Source: Gemmatimonadota bacterium (GTDB lineage: Bacteria > Gemmatimonadota > Gemmatimonadetes > Gemmatimonadales > Gemmatimonadaceae). From it: a DNA stretch of 64,000 nt. The DNA lies in NCBI GenBank assembly GCA_016874035.1, contig VGVM01000002.1, positions 22,509-86,508 of the forward strand. The letters are read 5' to 3'. Below are positions 1 through 9,086 of this stretch, piece after piece (position 1 is the stretch's first letter; every line of letters begins with the position of its first letter). The notes below the pieces were generated by a model. It was not told the DNA's origin. It saw only the letters and a program-made list of their open reading frames with translations, and ran no database searches. Position numbers and translations under genes: made by a program.

Positions 1-383
1 AGGCGATCGGGGTCACTCGAAAGCAGCTGGACCGGGCGATCCAAGTACGCGGCGGTCAGGCAGGTAGGCAGGGAAGGTCAAGGACGCTGACCGTATCGGA
101 CGCTACATGGTTCGCGCTTGCGTTCCTGCTCCGCCGGGACCTCGGCATGAGCCTTTCAGCTGGCCTTTCGGTCGCCGAGCGGCTTGTCGCCGCAGGTGGC
201 GAGGTCTCCCTGGGCGGAATCGGGACCCTTCGGTACCGCTTGGACCGGCTCGCCGAGGTGCTCTCGGGCACCGTGGCTGACGCTCGCGTGTCAGTCCCCG
301 TCCCGACTCGCGGCAGGCCCCCAAGGGGCCGAATGCACACGGGGCGCCGAGCTGATCGCCCGACGCCCCGTGTTGGCTTGTGA
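1..383 (+). CDS. possible 3' end of a gene entering from upstream (hypothetical, partial)
   Basis: This is the only frame open from the window edge (frame of nt 3) to the TGA at 381-383. Third-position G+C exceeds second-position G+C by eye. There is a weak HTH-like stretch ...GIGTLRYRLDRLAEVL. The Arg/Pro-rich tail looks non-native, so the call is tentative. Confidence 0.25.
   Translation, partial: AIGVTRKQLDRAIQVRGGQAGRQGRSRTLTVSDATWFALAFLLRRDLGMSLSAGLSVAERLVAAGGEVSLGGIGTLRYRLDRLAEVLSGTVADARVSVPVPTRGRPPRGRMHTGRRADRPTPRVGL
337..373. terminator. GC-rich hairpin downstream of cspA (stem ACACGGGGCG / CGCCCCGTGT, 17-nt loop)
   Basis: Perfect 10-bp inverted repeat read directly, about 23 nt past the cspA stop on the minus strand. 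There is no clear U-tract. Confidence 0.4.
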
Positions 384-395
384 AGTCGGCGTGCC

Positions 396-614
396 TTAGG
401 AGGCGCCGCCGGCCTTGGTTACGTTCTCGGCGGCCGGGCCCTTCTGGCCCTGCACGATGTCGAACTCCACCATGTCGCCTTCCGCGAGGGACTTGAACCC
501 GCTCCCCTGGATGGCGCTGTAGTGCACGAAGCAATCCTTGGTCCCGTTGTCCGGGGTAATGAACCCAAAGCCCTTCGCGTCATTGAACCACTTCACCTTG
601 CCGGTCGTACGCAT
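396..614 (-). CDS. cspA: cold-shock protein (CspA family)
   Basis: 72-aa product [36 protein letters not shown]... carries the RNP1 motif KGFGFI and an RNP2-like motif. An AGGAG sequence lies about 7 nt upstream of the ATG at 614. The longer ORF-track start at 695 was rejected. Confidence 0.95.
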   Translation of the reverse strand: MRTTGKVKWFNDAKGFGFITPDNGTKDCFVHYSAIQGSGFKSLAEGDMVEFDIVQGQKGPAAENVTKAGGAS

Positions 615-799
615 TCCTGCTCCTGTGTAAATGATTGTCGCCGGGAGCGGAATCGCCGTACCCTGACAAGACAATCTGTTTCCTCGCAGATCCAAAGCCC
701 TCTGCGATGGGCCGAGACGACAAAGAGGACCTGAACGTCCAGGCCCCCAAGTGCCGAACCAGACTCGAAGCTACGGGTACCTGGTGATTTCGGCAAGAC

Positions 800-1303
800 C
801 TAGGGTCGGACTGCCCGTACCGCTTTCACGAAGTACCCGGTCTCCCCAAAGCAGCGGGTTGGGACGCCGCGGTGTTCGGAATACTCGACCGTTACCTGGC
901 GGCCCTCCAGGGCGGTGATCATGGCGGCGACTGAGTCGTCCCGGACCGAAAAGTGGAAGATCTGCGGCGCCACCCCCGGCTGCGCAGTCATTGCCATCTC
1001 TCCCTCCCATGTTTTGCACACCCAACCCTTGTGCGAAAGCTTCTGCACGAATCCCGTCCGGGTGCCGTCGGAATAGCTGAAGCTCAGGGTGATTCCCGCC
1101 CATAGGGTGAAGAACAGGATGGGAGCCGTGACCAATCCAAGGATCGTGAGCTTCCCCCAGTTCCGGCGCGCGAAGCCGTGGCGGACGGGGTCCTGTCCCG
1201 GCGGCTCCTTTGTGGTCGCCGGAACACCATTTGCCGCTTCCGACGCGGAACCGGAATCCGGGGACAACTCGGTGTCGCGCGACGTCGAAGGACTGTCTGC
1301 CAT
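800..1303 (-). CDS. hypothetical membrane-anchored protein
   Basis: 167-aa ORF with a low-complexity N-terminus, one TM segment ([22 protein letters not shown]), then a globular domain. It is divergent from ispG. No family was recognised. Confidence 0.6.
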   Translation of the reverse strand: MADSPSTSRDTELSPDSGSASEAANGVPATTKEPPGQDPVRHGFARRNWGKLTILGLVTAPILFFTLWAGITLSFSYSDGTRTGFVQKLSHKGWVCKTWEGEMAMTAQPGVAPQIFHFSVRDDSVAAMITALEGRQVTVEYSEHRGVPTRCFGETGYFVKAVRAVRP

Positions 1304-1390
1304 GCGTTCCTCGAAGAGAGTTTCCTGCGGACAGTATCGCAGGACCGCGCGCTAACTTCTACGGCGTCCACGTCCGGAGTCCGCTCGTCC

Positions 1391-2629
1391 ATGCCGTTCC
1401 AGCCGCGCCGCAAGACCGTCACAACGCTCGTTGGCGGGGTTCCCGTGGGTTCCGCTGCACCGGTGGTGGTGCAGTCGATGACCAATACCGACACGGCGGA
1501 CCCGGCAGCCACGGCCGCACAGGTCATCGCGCTGGCGAACGCAGGCTCCCAGCTGGTCCGCATCACGGTCAACACGGACGAGGCGGCCGCCGCGGTTCCG
1601 GAGATCGTCCAGCGTATCGAGGACGCCGGCGTCTCCGTGCCGATCATCGGGGACTTTCACTACAACGGTCACTTGCTGTTGGTGCGCCATCCTGAGTGCG
1701 CGCGGTGGCTCGCCAAGTACAGGATCAACCCGGGGAACGTAGGCGCCCGGCACCGCGACGAGAACTTCCGCACCATCATTCGCGTTGCGGTTGAGCATCA
1801 GAAGCCGATTCGCATCGGCGTGAACTGGGGATCGCTGGATCAGGACCTCCTGACAGCGCTGATGGACGAGAACGCGCGTCGCGCCAATCCACTGGACGCG
1901 AAGGACGTGTACATGGACGCGATGCTCGAGAGCGCATTGCGCTCGGCCGCGCTCGCCGAGGAGACTGGGCTCCGGCACGACGCGATCATCCTGTCCGCCA
2001 AGATTTCGCAGGTGCAGGACGTCGTCGCGTGCTACCGGCGCCTCGCAGGCCGATGCGACTATCCGCTGCACCTCGGACTGACCGAGGCCGGGCTCGGCAT
2101 GAAGGGAATTGTCGCCACGACGGCGGCCCTCGCGTGCGTCCTTGCGGATGGCATTGGCGACACGATCCGCGTTTCACTGACCCCGCGGCCAGGCGGGGAT
2201 CGCACGGAAGAAGTGCTCGTGGCCCAGCAAGTCCTGCAGTCGCTGGGGCTCCGGAGTTTCACGCCGCAGGTCAGCGCGTGCCCTGGGTGCGGGCGGACCA
2301 CCAGCACGTTCTTTCAGCGCATGGCGGAAGACATACAGGAATACCTGCGAACCCAGATGCCTGTGTGGCGAGACCGCTACCCGGGCGTCGAAGAAATGAA
2401 GGTCGCCGTGATGGGCTGCGTGGTGAACGGTCCGGGCGAGAGCAAGCATGCGAACATCGGGATCTCGCTCCCGGGGACGTTCGAGGAGCCAAAGGCCCCG
2501 GTCTATGTGGACGGCAAGCTGCGCGTGACGCTCAAGGGCGACAGTATCGTGCCGGAATTCCTCGCCATCCTCGACGAGTACGTGGCCGATCGCTACGGCG
2601 ACAGGGCCGCTTCCGCAGCGCCGGCATAG
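1391..2629 (+). CDS. ispG: 4-hydroxy-3-methylbut-2-en-1-yl diphosphate synthase (IspG/GcpE)
   Basis: Product [37 protein letters not shown]...SCPGCGRT...[11 protein letters not shown] shows typical IspG motifs. The ATG at 1391 was chosen instead of the upstream ORF-track start at 1178. Confidence 0.95.
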   Translation: MPFQPRRKTVTTLVGGVPVGSAAPVVVQSMTNTDTADPAATAAQVIALANAGSQLVRITVNTDEAAAAVPEIVQRIEDAGVSVPIIGDFHYNGHLLLVRHPECARWLAKYRINPGNVGARHRDENFRTIIRVAVEHQKPIRIGVNWGSLDQDLLTALMDENARRANPLDAKDVYMDAMLESALRSAALAEETGLRHDAIILSAKISQVQDVVACYRRLAGRCDYPLHLGLTEAGLGMKGIVATTAALACVLADGIGDTIRVSLTPRPGGDRTEEVLVAQQVLQSLGLRSFTPQVSACPGCGRTTSTFFQRMAEDIQEYLRTQMPVWRDRYPGVEEMKVAVMGCVVNGPGESKHANIGISLPGTFEEPKAPVYVDGKLRVTLKGDSIVPEFLAILDEYVADRYGDRAASAAPA

Positions 2630-2662
2630 CAACGGCGCCGCACGATCCCCGCGTGCGCAAAC

Positions 2663-3262
2663 TCAGGCGTGCAGTTCGAGCGCCTCAACCGTGCTGCGAA
2701 GCTCATCCATGATCGGTGCCGTGAAACCCAGGGCCACCAGTCGGTCAAACACGTTCCGATAGTACGCGACCGTACCGGCCTGGCCCGCGGCGAACCGCGA
2801 CCATACGGATTCGGGGGCAACCGTGCGTCGAAGGTCGGCGATGATACTGCTCGCGTTGTGCAGCTTGTCAGCCGCGCACACCCACCGAGCGCGCTCATCC
2901 GCGGCGCCAAGACGCGCCAGGTAGTCCGCGTTCCGTTCGTCACGATCCAGCTCCGCACCGGTGTCGTCCACGTTTCGTTTTGTCACCGAGAGCACCGCCG
3001 TCAGGACATCTTCACCGAACTTCTCCCCGATCCTTGCCTCGAGCATCGCGCGCGTCCAGCCGTCGCGAACACAGTCCTCGATGACATCGTGGAGGATTCC
3101 GGCCACGACGGTCGATTCGTCGCGTTGGTATCGCGTCAGGATGACCGCGACATTCGCCGGATGCGTGACGTACGGCAGCTTCGTGCCCTTGCGCACCTGT
3201 TGATCGTGGTGCTTGGCGGCGAACGCCAGTGCGTGATTGATGCGATCGGAGTAGCCAGTCAT
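2663..3262 (-). CDS. HD-domain protein, SpoT/RelA-hydrolase-like (small alarmone hydrolase-like)
   Basis: Product MTGYSDRINHALAFAAKHHDQQVRKGTKLPYVTHPANVAVIL...GILHDVIEDC carries the HD motif of (p)ppGpp-hydrolase-type HD domains. The start was taken at internal Met 44 of the ORF-track frame. Confidence 0.8.
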   Translation of the reverse strand: MTGYSDRINHALAFAAKHHDQQVRKGTKLPYVTHPANVAVILTRYQRDESTVVAGILHDVIEDCVRDGWTRAMLEARIGEKFGEDVLTAVLSVTKRNVDDTGAELDRDERNADYLARLGAADERARWVCAADKLHNASSIIADLRRTVAPESVWSRFAAGQAGTVAYYRNVFDRLVALGFTAPIMDELRSTVEALELHA

Positions 3263-3351
3263 CGAGTCGGCGAGGCCGTCGTGAAAGGTATCAGCGGAAC
3301 GACTGCGTGCTGGCTGGCTACGGGCGCATGCGACGGCAAGCCGTACAATGA

Positions 3352-3383
3352 CGAAGGGCGCCCGGTCGAAACCGGGCGCCCTT
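3352..3383 (-). terminator. intrinsic-terminator-like hairpin after the cupredoxin gene
   Basis: Perfect 13-bp stem GAAGGGCGCCCGG / CCGGGCGCCCTTC with a 6-nt loop, about 30 nt downstream of the stop at 3416 on the minus strand. Confidence 0.6.
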
Positions 3384-3415
3384 CGCACCACACGCGGGAT
3401 GATCCGCAGTGCGCC

Positions 3416-3922
3416 TTACGGCGTCACCGTGAGCATGCCCTTCATGTTCATCGCAAGGTGCGGCGTGCAGTGGAACTCATACGCGCCGGGCTTGATGCCG
3501 CCAAGCGAGAGCGTGAACGACTCGCCAGGATTCATCTTGAGGCCGCTCGCCAGTTCCGCCATCCGGTCCGTACCGAAGTTCGCGTCGAGCTGACCCTTCA
3601 CGTCCGCGGGAATCTTCGCGACTTCAAACGCGACGTTGTGTGGGCCACCGGAGACCATGATGAACTTGATGCCGTCGCCCGCCTTTGCCGTGACGTTGGC
3701 CGGGTCAAACTTGTAGGCCGTTCCTTCCATCACCATCTTGACTTCGATCGTCTTTCCCGTGATCGGCATCGCAGTGCCGGTCGCCGTCGGGGCGGCCGTC
3801 GCTGGCGCGGCCGCGGCATCAGCCGCCGGCGGAGCCGCTTCTGGGGCCTTCTCGCCACCACCGCAGGCGCCGAGCACGAACGCGCTCGCCACGAGCGCCA
3901 AACGCTTCGAGAACATCTTCAC
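3416..3922 (-). CDS. plastocyanin/azurin-family (cupredoxin) blue-copper lipoprotein
   Basis: Lipoprotein signal MKMFSKRLALVASAFVLGAC and an Ala/Pro linker are present. The C-terminal type-1 copper ligands are HNVAF...CTPHLAMNMKGM (His, then Cys-x2-His-x4-Met). A GGAGGAG RBS lies upstream. Confidence 0.85.
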   Translation of the reverse strand: MKMFSKRLALVASAFVLGACGGGEKAPEAAPPAADAAAAPATAAPTATGTAMPITGKTIEVKMVMEGTAYKFDPANVTAKAGDGIKFIMVSGGPHNVAFEVAKIPADVKGQLDANFGTDRMAELASGLKMNPGESFTLSLGGIKPGAYEFHCTPHLAMNMKGMLTVTP

Positions 3923-3955
3923 TCCTCCAATTCTACTTTAGTTATGAAACCGCAG

Positions 3956-3975
3956 TCTGGCGGGGCCCCGCCAGA
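3956..3975 (-). terminator. perfect 20-bp GC-rich palindrome TCTGGCGGGGCCCCGCCAGA downstream of the M16 peptidase operon
   Basis: Read directly. It lies about 85 nt past the stop of the 4059-5396 gene on the minus strand and is followed on that strand by a short T-containing tract. Confidence 0.5.
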
Positions 3976-3979
3976 GGAA

Positions 3980-3995
3980 TGTGAAATTATTCACA
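3980..3995. promoter_or_regulatory. CRP/FNR-family-type palindrome TGTGA-N6-TCACA upstream of the cupredoxin gene
   Basis: The sequence TGTGAAATTATTCACA matches both half-sites of the CRP consensus exactly. It is centred about 65 bp upstream of the ATG at 3922. Confidence 0.5.
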
Positions 3996-4058
3996 AAGGG
4001 TCCATTTTGCAAATCGCAGCGGGCGGCGGCAACGGCGTGCCCGACGCTCCTGACGTGC

Positions 4059-5396
4059 TCAGAAATTGAGCATTCGCTGTTTCGTAACTTGCGATGGATC
4101 ACCGACATAGGCCCATCGCGCGTTCCGGAAATACCGCTGTGATACGCGACGCACGTCGGCACCGGTCACCGACCTGAGCTCCGCCACGAACCTCGAGCCC
4201 GCCCGGAAATCGCCACGATACAAGTGCGCCCGGGCCAGGAAATCGGCTTGCGCGGTCGACGTTTCGTGGCTCAGGAAGTACTCGGTGATGAACTGCTGGA
4301 CGATTGGTCGCAGCGCCTCCGTGCGCACTTCAACGACCTGAAGGGTCCTGAGCTCGCCAAGCATGATGCTGAGCACGGAGTCGGGCTCGGTCGTCGTGAC
4401 GTAGAGTCCGACCGACGTCAGCGCGCGATCGCGGTAGTTCGCGCTTACGGCGTACGTCAGGTTGCGCTTCGATCGAATCTCGCCAAACAGTCGCCCGCTG
4501 AGCACCGCCGACGCGACGCGCAGTGCGGTGGCGTCGGCACTGTTTGCCGGCGGGCCGCGGAACTCGCCCTGGATGTAGTTCGTCGGCAAGGCCCGCGCGA
4601 TGATGGCGGCATCCGGCACCGGTGAGGCCAGGGTGTCGGGCATGGTCCACGTGTAGGTGCCGGCCGGCAGCGTGCCAAGTGTTGTCGTCACCAGCCGCTC
4701 TACCGTGGGACGATCCACATCGCCAACGACCACCAACAGCATGCGTGACGTCACCATTTGTTCGCGTTGGAATCGCAGCAGATCGGCGCGTGTAATCGCG
4801 CTGATCGTGCGCGGGGTCCCGACGGGCGATTGCGCGTAGGCCGCGCCGGCAAATGCCACGCTGTCCACGGCATACTCGAGCACGGCGTCCGGGCTGTCGT
4901 CGCGCTGGGCCACGCCGGTTAGCATCTGCGCACGCACGAACTCGACCTCGGCGGAGTCCAGGCGCGGGCGCATGACCCTATCGGCCAGGATGGACCACGT
5001 CGAATCCAGGGCGGCCGGGATCGCGCGCGCGCCGATCATGGTCCAGTCCTCCCGCGGTTCGACGACCATTTCGCTGCCGGTCCGCGCGAGCGCGCGCCGC
5101 AGTGCGTCCCGGGAGTATTTCGCGGTCCCGCGGCCGCTGGCCTCGAGCAGCAACGCCTCGAGCCCGGCAATGCGGGCGGGCGTATTTCGCACGCCGCCGA
5201 GCAGATAGAGGTTCGTCACCACGGTCGCCACGCGCGCGCGGCGGTGAATCACGCGAACGCCACCCACCGTGTACATCGCCGTCGAGTCGCTTCCTTGCGC
5301 CACGGATGCCGGCGGGAGCGCGAGCCCGCCTCGCAGTCCCAGCACAGGAGCCAGCGTCAAGGACGCCGCCAGTGAAGCCACCACAAGGCGGGTCAT
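4059..5396 (-). CDS. M16-family (pitrilysin/insulinase-like) peptidase, non-catalytic-type subunit
   Basis: 445-aa product with a signal peptide and M16 fold-like repeats but no HxxEH motif. It overlaps the upstream M16 gene by ATGA. Confidence 0.8.
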   Translation of the reverse strand: MTRLVVASLAASLTLAPVLGLRGGLALPPASVAQGSDSTAMYTVGGVRVIHRRARVATVVTNLYLLGGVRNTPARIAGLEALLLEASGRGTAKYSRDALRRALARTGSEMVVEPREDWTMIGARAIPAALDSTWSILADRVMRPRLDSAEVEFVRAQMLTGVAQRDDSPDAVLEYAVDSVAFAGAAYAQSPVGTPRTISAITRADLLRFQREQMVTSRMLLVVVGDVDRPTVERLVTTTLGTLPAGTYTWTMPDTLASPVPDAAIIARALPTNYIQGEFRGPPANSADATALRVASAVLSGRLFGEIRSKRNLTYAVSANYRDRALTSVGLYVTTTEPDSVLSIMLGELRTLQVVEVRTEALRPIVQQFITEYFLSHETSTAQADFLARAHLYRGDFRAGSRFVAELRSVTGADVRRVSQRYFRNARWAYVGDPSQVTKQRMLNF

Positions 5397-6847
5397 CGTA
5401 CGCCTCCGAGCAGCAGCAGTTCACGCTCGGTGAGGTTCATTCTCCGCCGGAGTTCGGCGGGTAACAGGATGCCAATCACATGCGGCTTCCCGAGCAGGTA
5501 GGTCCGTGCGTAGCGCTGGAGATCGCCGATCGTTTGCTGTGCCATCGCGTCAACGTACTTCATGTAGTACTCGAGCCCGGACACGCTCCACCAGAACCCG
5601 ATCGTGTGCGCAAACTCGGAGCTGCGTTCCATGCCCAGCTGTGTGGTGACCGCTCGATTCGCCGTTGTCGCCGCCAGTTCCTCCGCCGTGAAGTACCCTG
5701 GGTCCATCGTGGCGCGCAGTTCGGCGTACAGTGCCCTGACCGCGTCGCGGAACTTGTCCGGGGTGGTCTGGCCGCTGACGGAGATCGGCCCGACATTGTT
5801 GAGCGTGTAGTAGTTGACGCCGACCCCCTGCCATAATCCCGAGTCCACCAAGCGCCGTTGAAACCGCGACTGCGGATTGTTCAGGACGTCGGAGTACACG
5901 TCCGCCGCGAAGGTCGCCGCTTCATCCTTGCGGACGCTGGGCCCATGCCACTGTACGAGCACCGTCAGCGCGTTGACATCCTCCTCGACAATCACGGCCT
6001 GCGGGCCCGCCAACGGAGCTACGGCAGGAACGGGGGCTTCCACGAACGGGTCGGGCCCGCGTTTCCACGGCCCGAAGATCCGCTCGGCGGAGGCAAACGC
6101 CTGCGTCGGACTCACGTCCCCGGCGATGATCAGCACGGAGTTGTTCGGCACGTAGTACAGCCGCTGGATCTGCCGCATCTTCTCCGGTGTCGTCGTGGAA
6201 ATCACGTCGCGCTCACCGATCGTGTTCTTCCGGCTCCACTGTGCGCCCCAGAGTTTCCTGCCGGTTTCCTGCTCGAACCGGAAGAACGGGCTTGATTCGT
6301 TGCGATCATACTCACCGATCACCACCTGCCGCTCCCGCTCGAGTTCGTCCGCGCGAAACCTCGGGCCGAGAAACCCCGCCACGAGGAGATTCAGGCCCGC
6401 ATCAAGCGAGTCCGCGGACAGCGTCAGGTAGTAGTTGACCTGTTCTTCGCGCGTTGACGCGTTGAAGACCGCACCGAGGTTCGACATGCGGTCCACATAT
6501 TCGTCGGGTTCCGCGAACCGGTCGTTTGCCTTGAAGAACATGTGCTCGTAGAGGTGCGCCAGCCCCGCGTATTCCGGAGACTGCGTGAATGCTCCGTTCC
6601 GCACCGTCACTTCAAGCGTCACCAGCGGAACGCCGTGGTTTTCGATCACGATGACTTCCAGGCCGTTCGGCAGCACCTTGCGCTGGATCACTTGTTCGAG
6701 CTGGGCACGCTGGGCTTTCGCAGGCCGGACGCTGGTGAGTACCGAACCCAGTAGCGCGAGCGCGAGGTAACAGGATCGAATCGCGGCCTTCCTCAATCGC
6801 CCCACGCTGGCGGCCACGGCGTCTCGCCCTTTGATTTCCGGCATCAT
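5393..6847 (-). CDS. M16-family zinc peptidase (catalytic-type, HxxEH)
   Basis: The inverted zincin motif is GLAHLYEHMFFKAND. A signal-peptide-like segment LALALLGSVLTSVRPAKA is present. The start is uncertain: ATG at 6847 or 6844, or GTG at 6817 or 6805. The ORF-track start at 7162 was rejected because it runs over murB. Confidence 0.85.
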   Translation of the reverse strand: MMPEIKGRDAVAASVGRLRKAAIRSCYLALALLGSVLTSVRPAKAQRAQLEQVIQRKVLPNGLEVIVIENHGVPLVTLEVTVRNGAFTQSPEYAGLAHLYEHMFFKANDRFAEPDEYVDRMSNLGAVFNASTREEQVNYYLTLSADSLDAGLNLLVAGFLGPRFRADELERERQVVIGEYDRNESSPFFRFEQETGRKLWGAQWSRKNTIGERDVISTTTPEKMRQIQRLYYVPNNSVLIIAGDVSPTQAFASAERIFGPWKRGPDPFVEAPVPAVAPLAGPQAVIVEEDVNALTVLVQWHGPSVRKDEAATFAADVYSDVLNNPQSRFQRRLVDSGLWQGVGVNYYTLNNVGPISVSGQTTPDKFRDAVRALYAELRATMDPGYFTAEELAATTANRAVTTQLGMERSSEFAHTIGFWWSVSGLEYYMKYVDAMAQQTIGDLQRYARTYLLGKPHVIGILLPAELRRRMNLTERELLLLGGVR

Positions 6848-7814
6848 GTCCCCTGAAGTGTCTTCCGCAACCGGCGCCGGCAACATGATCGTTGCGGCGC
6901 TGGGCGGTGCGCTGGATCCGTCGCGCGTACGGACTGCTGTGCCGATGGCTCCGCTCACCACGTTCAGGATTGGCGGTCCCGCCGACGCGTTGTACGATGC
7001 CACTTCGGGCGCCGATCTCGCAAACGCCATCACTGCGGCCAGAAGCGCTGGTATCCCGTGGACGCTTGTTGGCTTGGGTGCAAATGTACTGGTGGGCGAT
7101 CGCGGGATCCGCGGCCTCGTGATCCGAAACGCCACCGGGCAGGTTTCGACACCAGGGCCCAACCGGCTTCACGCCGACTCGGGTGTGGTGGTCGCCGACC
7201 TCATTCGCTCGGCATCCGATCGCGGTTGGAGCGGACTCGAGCACTATGTCGGCATCCCAAGCACGGTGGGCGGCGCATTGTGGCAGAACCTGCACTTCCT
7301 CTCGCCTGCGCCCGAGCGTGAGCGGACGATGTTCATTGCCGAAGTGGTTGAGTCGGTCGAGCTCCTGTTGCCCGACGGCACGGCCAAGACCGTGGGCGGT
7401 GACGAAATGGCTTTCGGATACGACACGAGTCGGCTGCACGGCTCCGGTGAGGTGGCGCTCGGGGCGTCGTTTCACCTGGGCTCCGCCGATGTGGGCGCGC
7501 TGCAGCGCGTGATGCAGGAAAATCTTGGCTGGCGCGGAGCGCGACACCCGTGGTTGGAGTGGCACCCAAGTGCGGGGTCGATCTTCCGAAAGATCGACGG
7601 TGTCGGCGCGGGCCGACTGATTGACCAGTGCGGCTTGAAGGGGTTCCGCATCGGCGGGGCACAGATTTCGCATCTGCACGCCAACATCATCGTGAACTGT
7701 GGCCGGGCGACTGCTTCCGACGTCCGTGCGGTGATTTCACACGCCCAGGAAGCCGTGGAACGACGGTTCGGTCATCGCCTTGTTCCGGAGATCGGCTTCC
7801 TCGGCGAGTTCTAG
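6846..7814 (+). CDS. murB: UDP-N-acetylenolpyruvoylglucosamine reductase
   Basis: MurB FAD-binding and C-terminal domains are recognisable: ...PLTTFRIGGPADALYD...GLGANVLVGDRGIRGLVIRN...SAGSIFR. The start is ambiguous (TTG 6831, ATG 6846 or ATG 6885) and collides with the divergent M16 start. Confidence 0.9.
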   Translation: MSPEVSSATGAGNMIVAALGGALDPSRVRTAVPMAPLTTFRIGGPADALYDATSGADLANAITAARSAGIPWTLVGLGANVLVGDRGIRGLVIRNATGQVSTPGPNRLHADSGVVVADLIRSASDRGWSGLEHYVGIPSTVGGALWQNLHFLSPAPERERTMFIAEVVESVELLLPDGTAKTVGGDEMAFGYDTSRLHGSGEVALGASFHLGSADVGALQRVMQENLGWRGARHPWLEWHPSAGSIFRKIDGVGAGRLIDQCGLKGFRIGGAQISHLHANIIVNCGRATASDVRAVISHAQEAVERRFGHRLVPEIGFLGEF

Positions 7815-8506
7815 GCTGGTTGGGCAGGTCCGGTCGCTGCCGCGACGGTCGCGGCGATTGCGTGACGCACTGCGATCAGGATGCCCGGGTCACTACGACT
7901 CGCGGGAAACACGTTGCGCACATAGCGAAAGAGCGCGCGGTCCGCGAGGAGCGCGCCGGCGCCTTCGGCGATCAGCACCCTCAGCTCTGCTGGTGCCTGG
8001 CGCACATCGTCATGCCACGGTGGTCCGATAAGCACGACTTCGAGCATTTCTTCGCCGGCCAGCGTGGCGGAGTCTCCGCCGTGGCGTTCGAGCAGCAGCG
8101 CACCCCAAAGCGCGAACTGCGCGGCCGGCCGAACCACTCGCACAAACAGGCCACTCGCTACTTCGACCCGTTGGGTGAGGAGCGTCGAGTACTCGGCGGC
8201 GGTTCGCAGGCGCTCTGTCTCGCCGAACTCGCTGGTGCCGACAAAGCTGATAGAGATGCCAGGGTGCGGTTTCCAGTTTGCCCGCGTTGCGCCGAGTGAT
8301 GCCACAAGTCGTGAGACGTCACCATCCGTGATTGCTTCGACGTACACCGCGCGGCCGTAGGGCGCTGACTGGCGGCCGTTGTGGACGCCGAGCAGGAGAT
8401 GACAGGTCGCCGAGCCTGAAAGTGCGACTCGGCTGAGTGCATCGGCCGGCAGCTGGCTGAGCGCCCCAAGGAGCGGATCCGCCGCCAGGACTGCTCCGGC
8501 GCTCAT
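7811..8506 (-). CDS. hypothetical protein (231 aa), second gene of an orphan two-gene cassette
   Basis: The Met at 8506 overlaps the stop of the upstream gene (ATGA). The sequence MSAGAVLAADPLLGALSQLPADALSRVALSGSATCHLLLG... belongs to no family I can name. There is a weak nucleotidyltransferase-like flavour only. Confidence 0.6.
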   Translation of the reverse strand: MSAGAVLAADPLLGALSQLPADALSRVALSGSATCHLLLGVHNGRQSAPYGRAVYVEAITDGDVSRLVASLGATRANWKPHPGISISFVGTSEFGETERLRTAAEYSTLLTQRVEVASGLFVRVVRPAAQFALWGALLLERHGGDSATLAGEEMLEVVLIGPPWHDDVRQAPAELRVLIAEGAGALLADRALFRYVRNVFPASRSDPGILIAVRHAIAATVAAATGPAQPA

Positions 8507-9033
8507 GGCGCGGCGAAAGCAGTTCGGAGGCGATCGGCCACCGCGCGCGCCGTGCGATCGCCTCCCAGCCGGGTGATATCGATCAACCGCGCGAGCTCGA
8601 CCAACTGAGGGTTGGTGGTGATTACGCGGAGAATTCCCTGGTGAAGCGGCGCCACGGCGGTTCCTCGCGAGTTGCCGCGAGCGGATGGCCACACGAATGG
8701 CATGTCGAGGTAAGCACCCGGCCGATCCGGCCCGCCACCCTCGGCTTGTGTCGCTCCGGAACTTGTTGGTTCGATCGCGAATCCGGTGACCACGGGTCCC
8801 GGCACAGCGGCGTATGCGGTTGCGACCCCCCATTGGACGAATCGCACAAACGCCTGGACGTCGAGTACGCGGTCAGCTGGGTCCACGAGTCCGGCAAGCC
8901 GGAGGCGTGCGATGGCGTTGTGGGCGTCCCCGATGCTCCTGCCGGTGTTCTCCGCGTACGCGGCGACCGACAGCCGTGGCGTGAGCCCTATTTGGGCTGC
9001 AGCGATGACGTCACCAGGTCTGAGATATTTCAT
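8503..9033 (-). CDS. hypothetical winged-HTH-like DNA-binding protein (176 aa), first gene of the cassette
   Basis: The N-terminal HTH-like segment is LSVAAYAENTGRSIGDAHNAIARLRLAGLV. The C-terminal module is PFVWPSARGNSRG...LVELARLIDITRLGGDRTAR. It is preceded by an AT-rich 53-bp spacer. Confidence 0.65.
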   Translation of the reverse strand: MKYLRPGDVIAAAQIGLTPRLSVAAYAENTGRSIGDAHNAIARLRLAGLVDPADRVLDVQAFVRFVQWGVATAYAAVPGPVVTGFAIEPTSSGATQAEGGGPDRPGAYLDMPFVWPSARGNSRGTAVAPLHQGILRVITTNPQLVELARLIDITRLGGDRTARAVADRLRTAFAAP

Positions 9034-9086
9034 AAAACGTGAAACGTAATATTTATAAGGCGATTAGCAACTTCCGTGCTCGTTGT

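Noticed and set aside
6612-7679. 355-aa minus-strand ORF across the M16 peptidase start and murB
   Set aside because: The product is Arg/Pro/Ala-rich and low-complexity, lies antisense or out of frame to two genes with clear motifs (HxxEH peptidase, MurB), and is a typical high-GC shadow ORF.
9035-9047. ACGTGAAACG resembling a parS half-site upstream of the two-gene cassette
   Set aside because: Only one half-site matches and there is no palindromic partner. It is better described as a tandem AAACGT repeat in a promoter region than as a ParB site.
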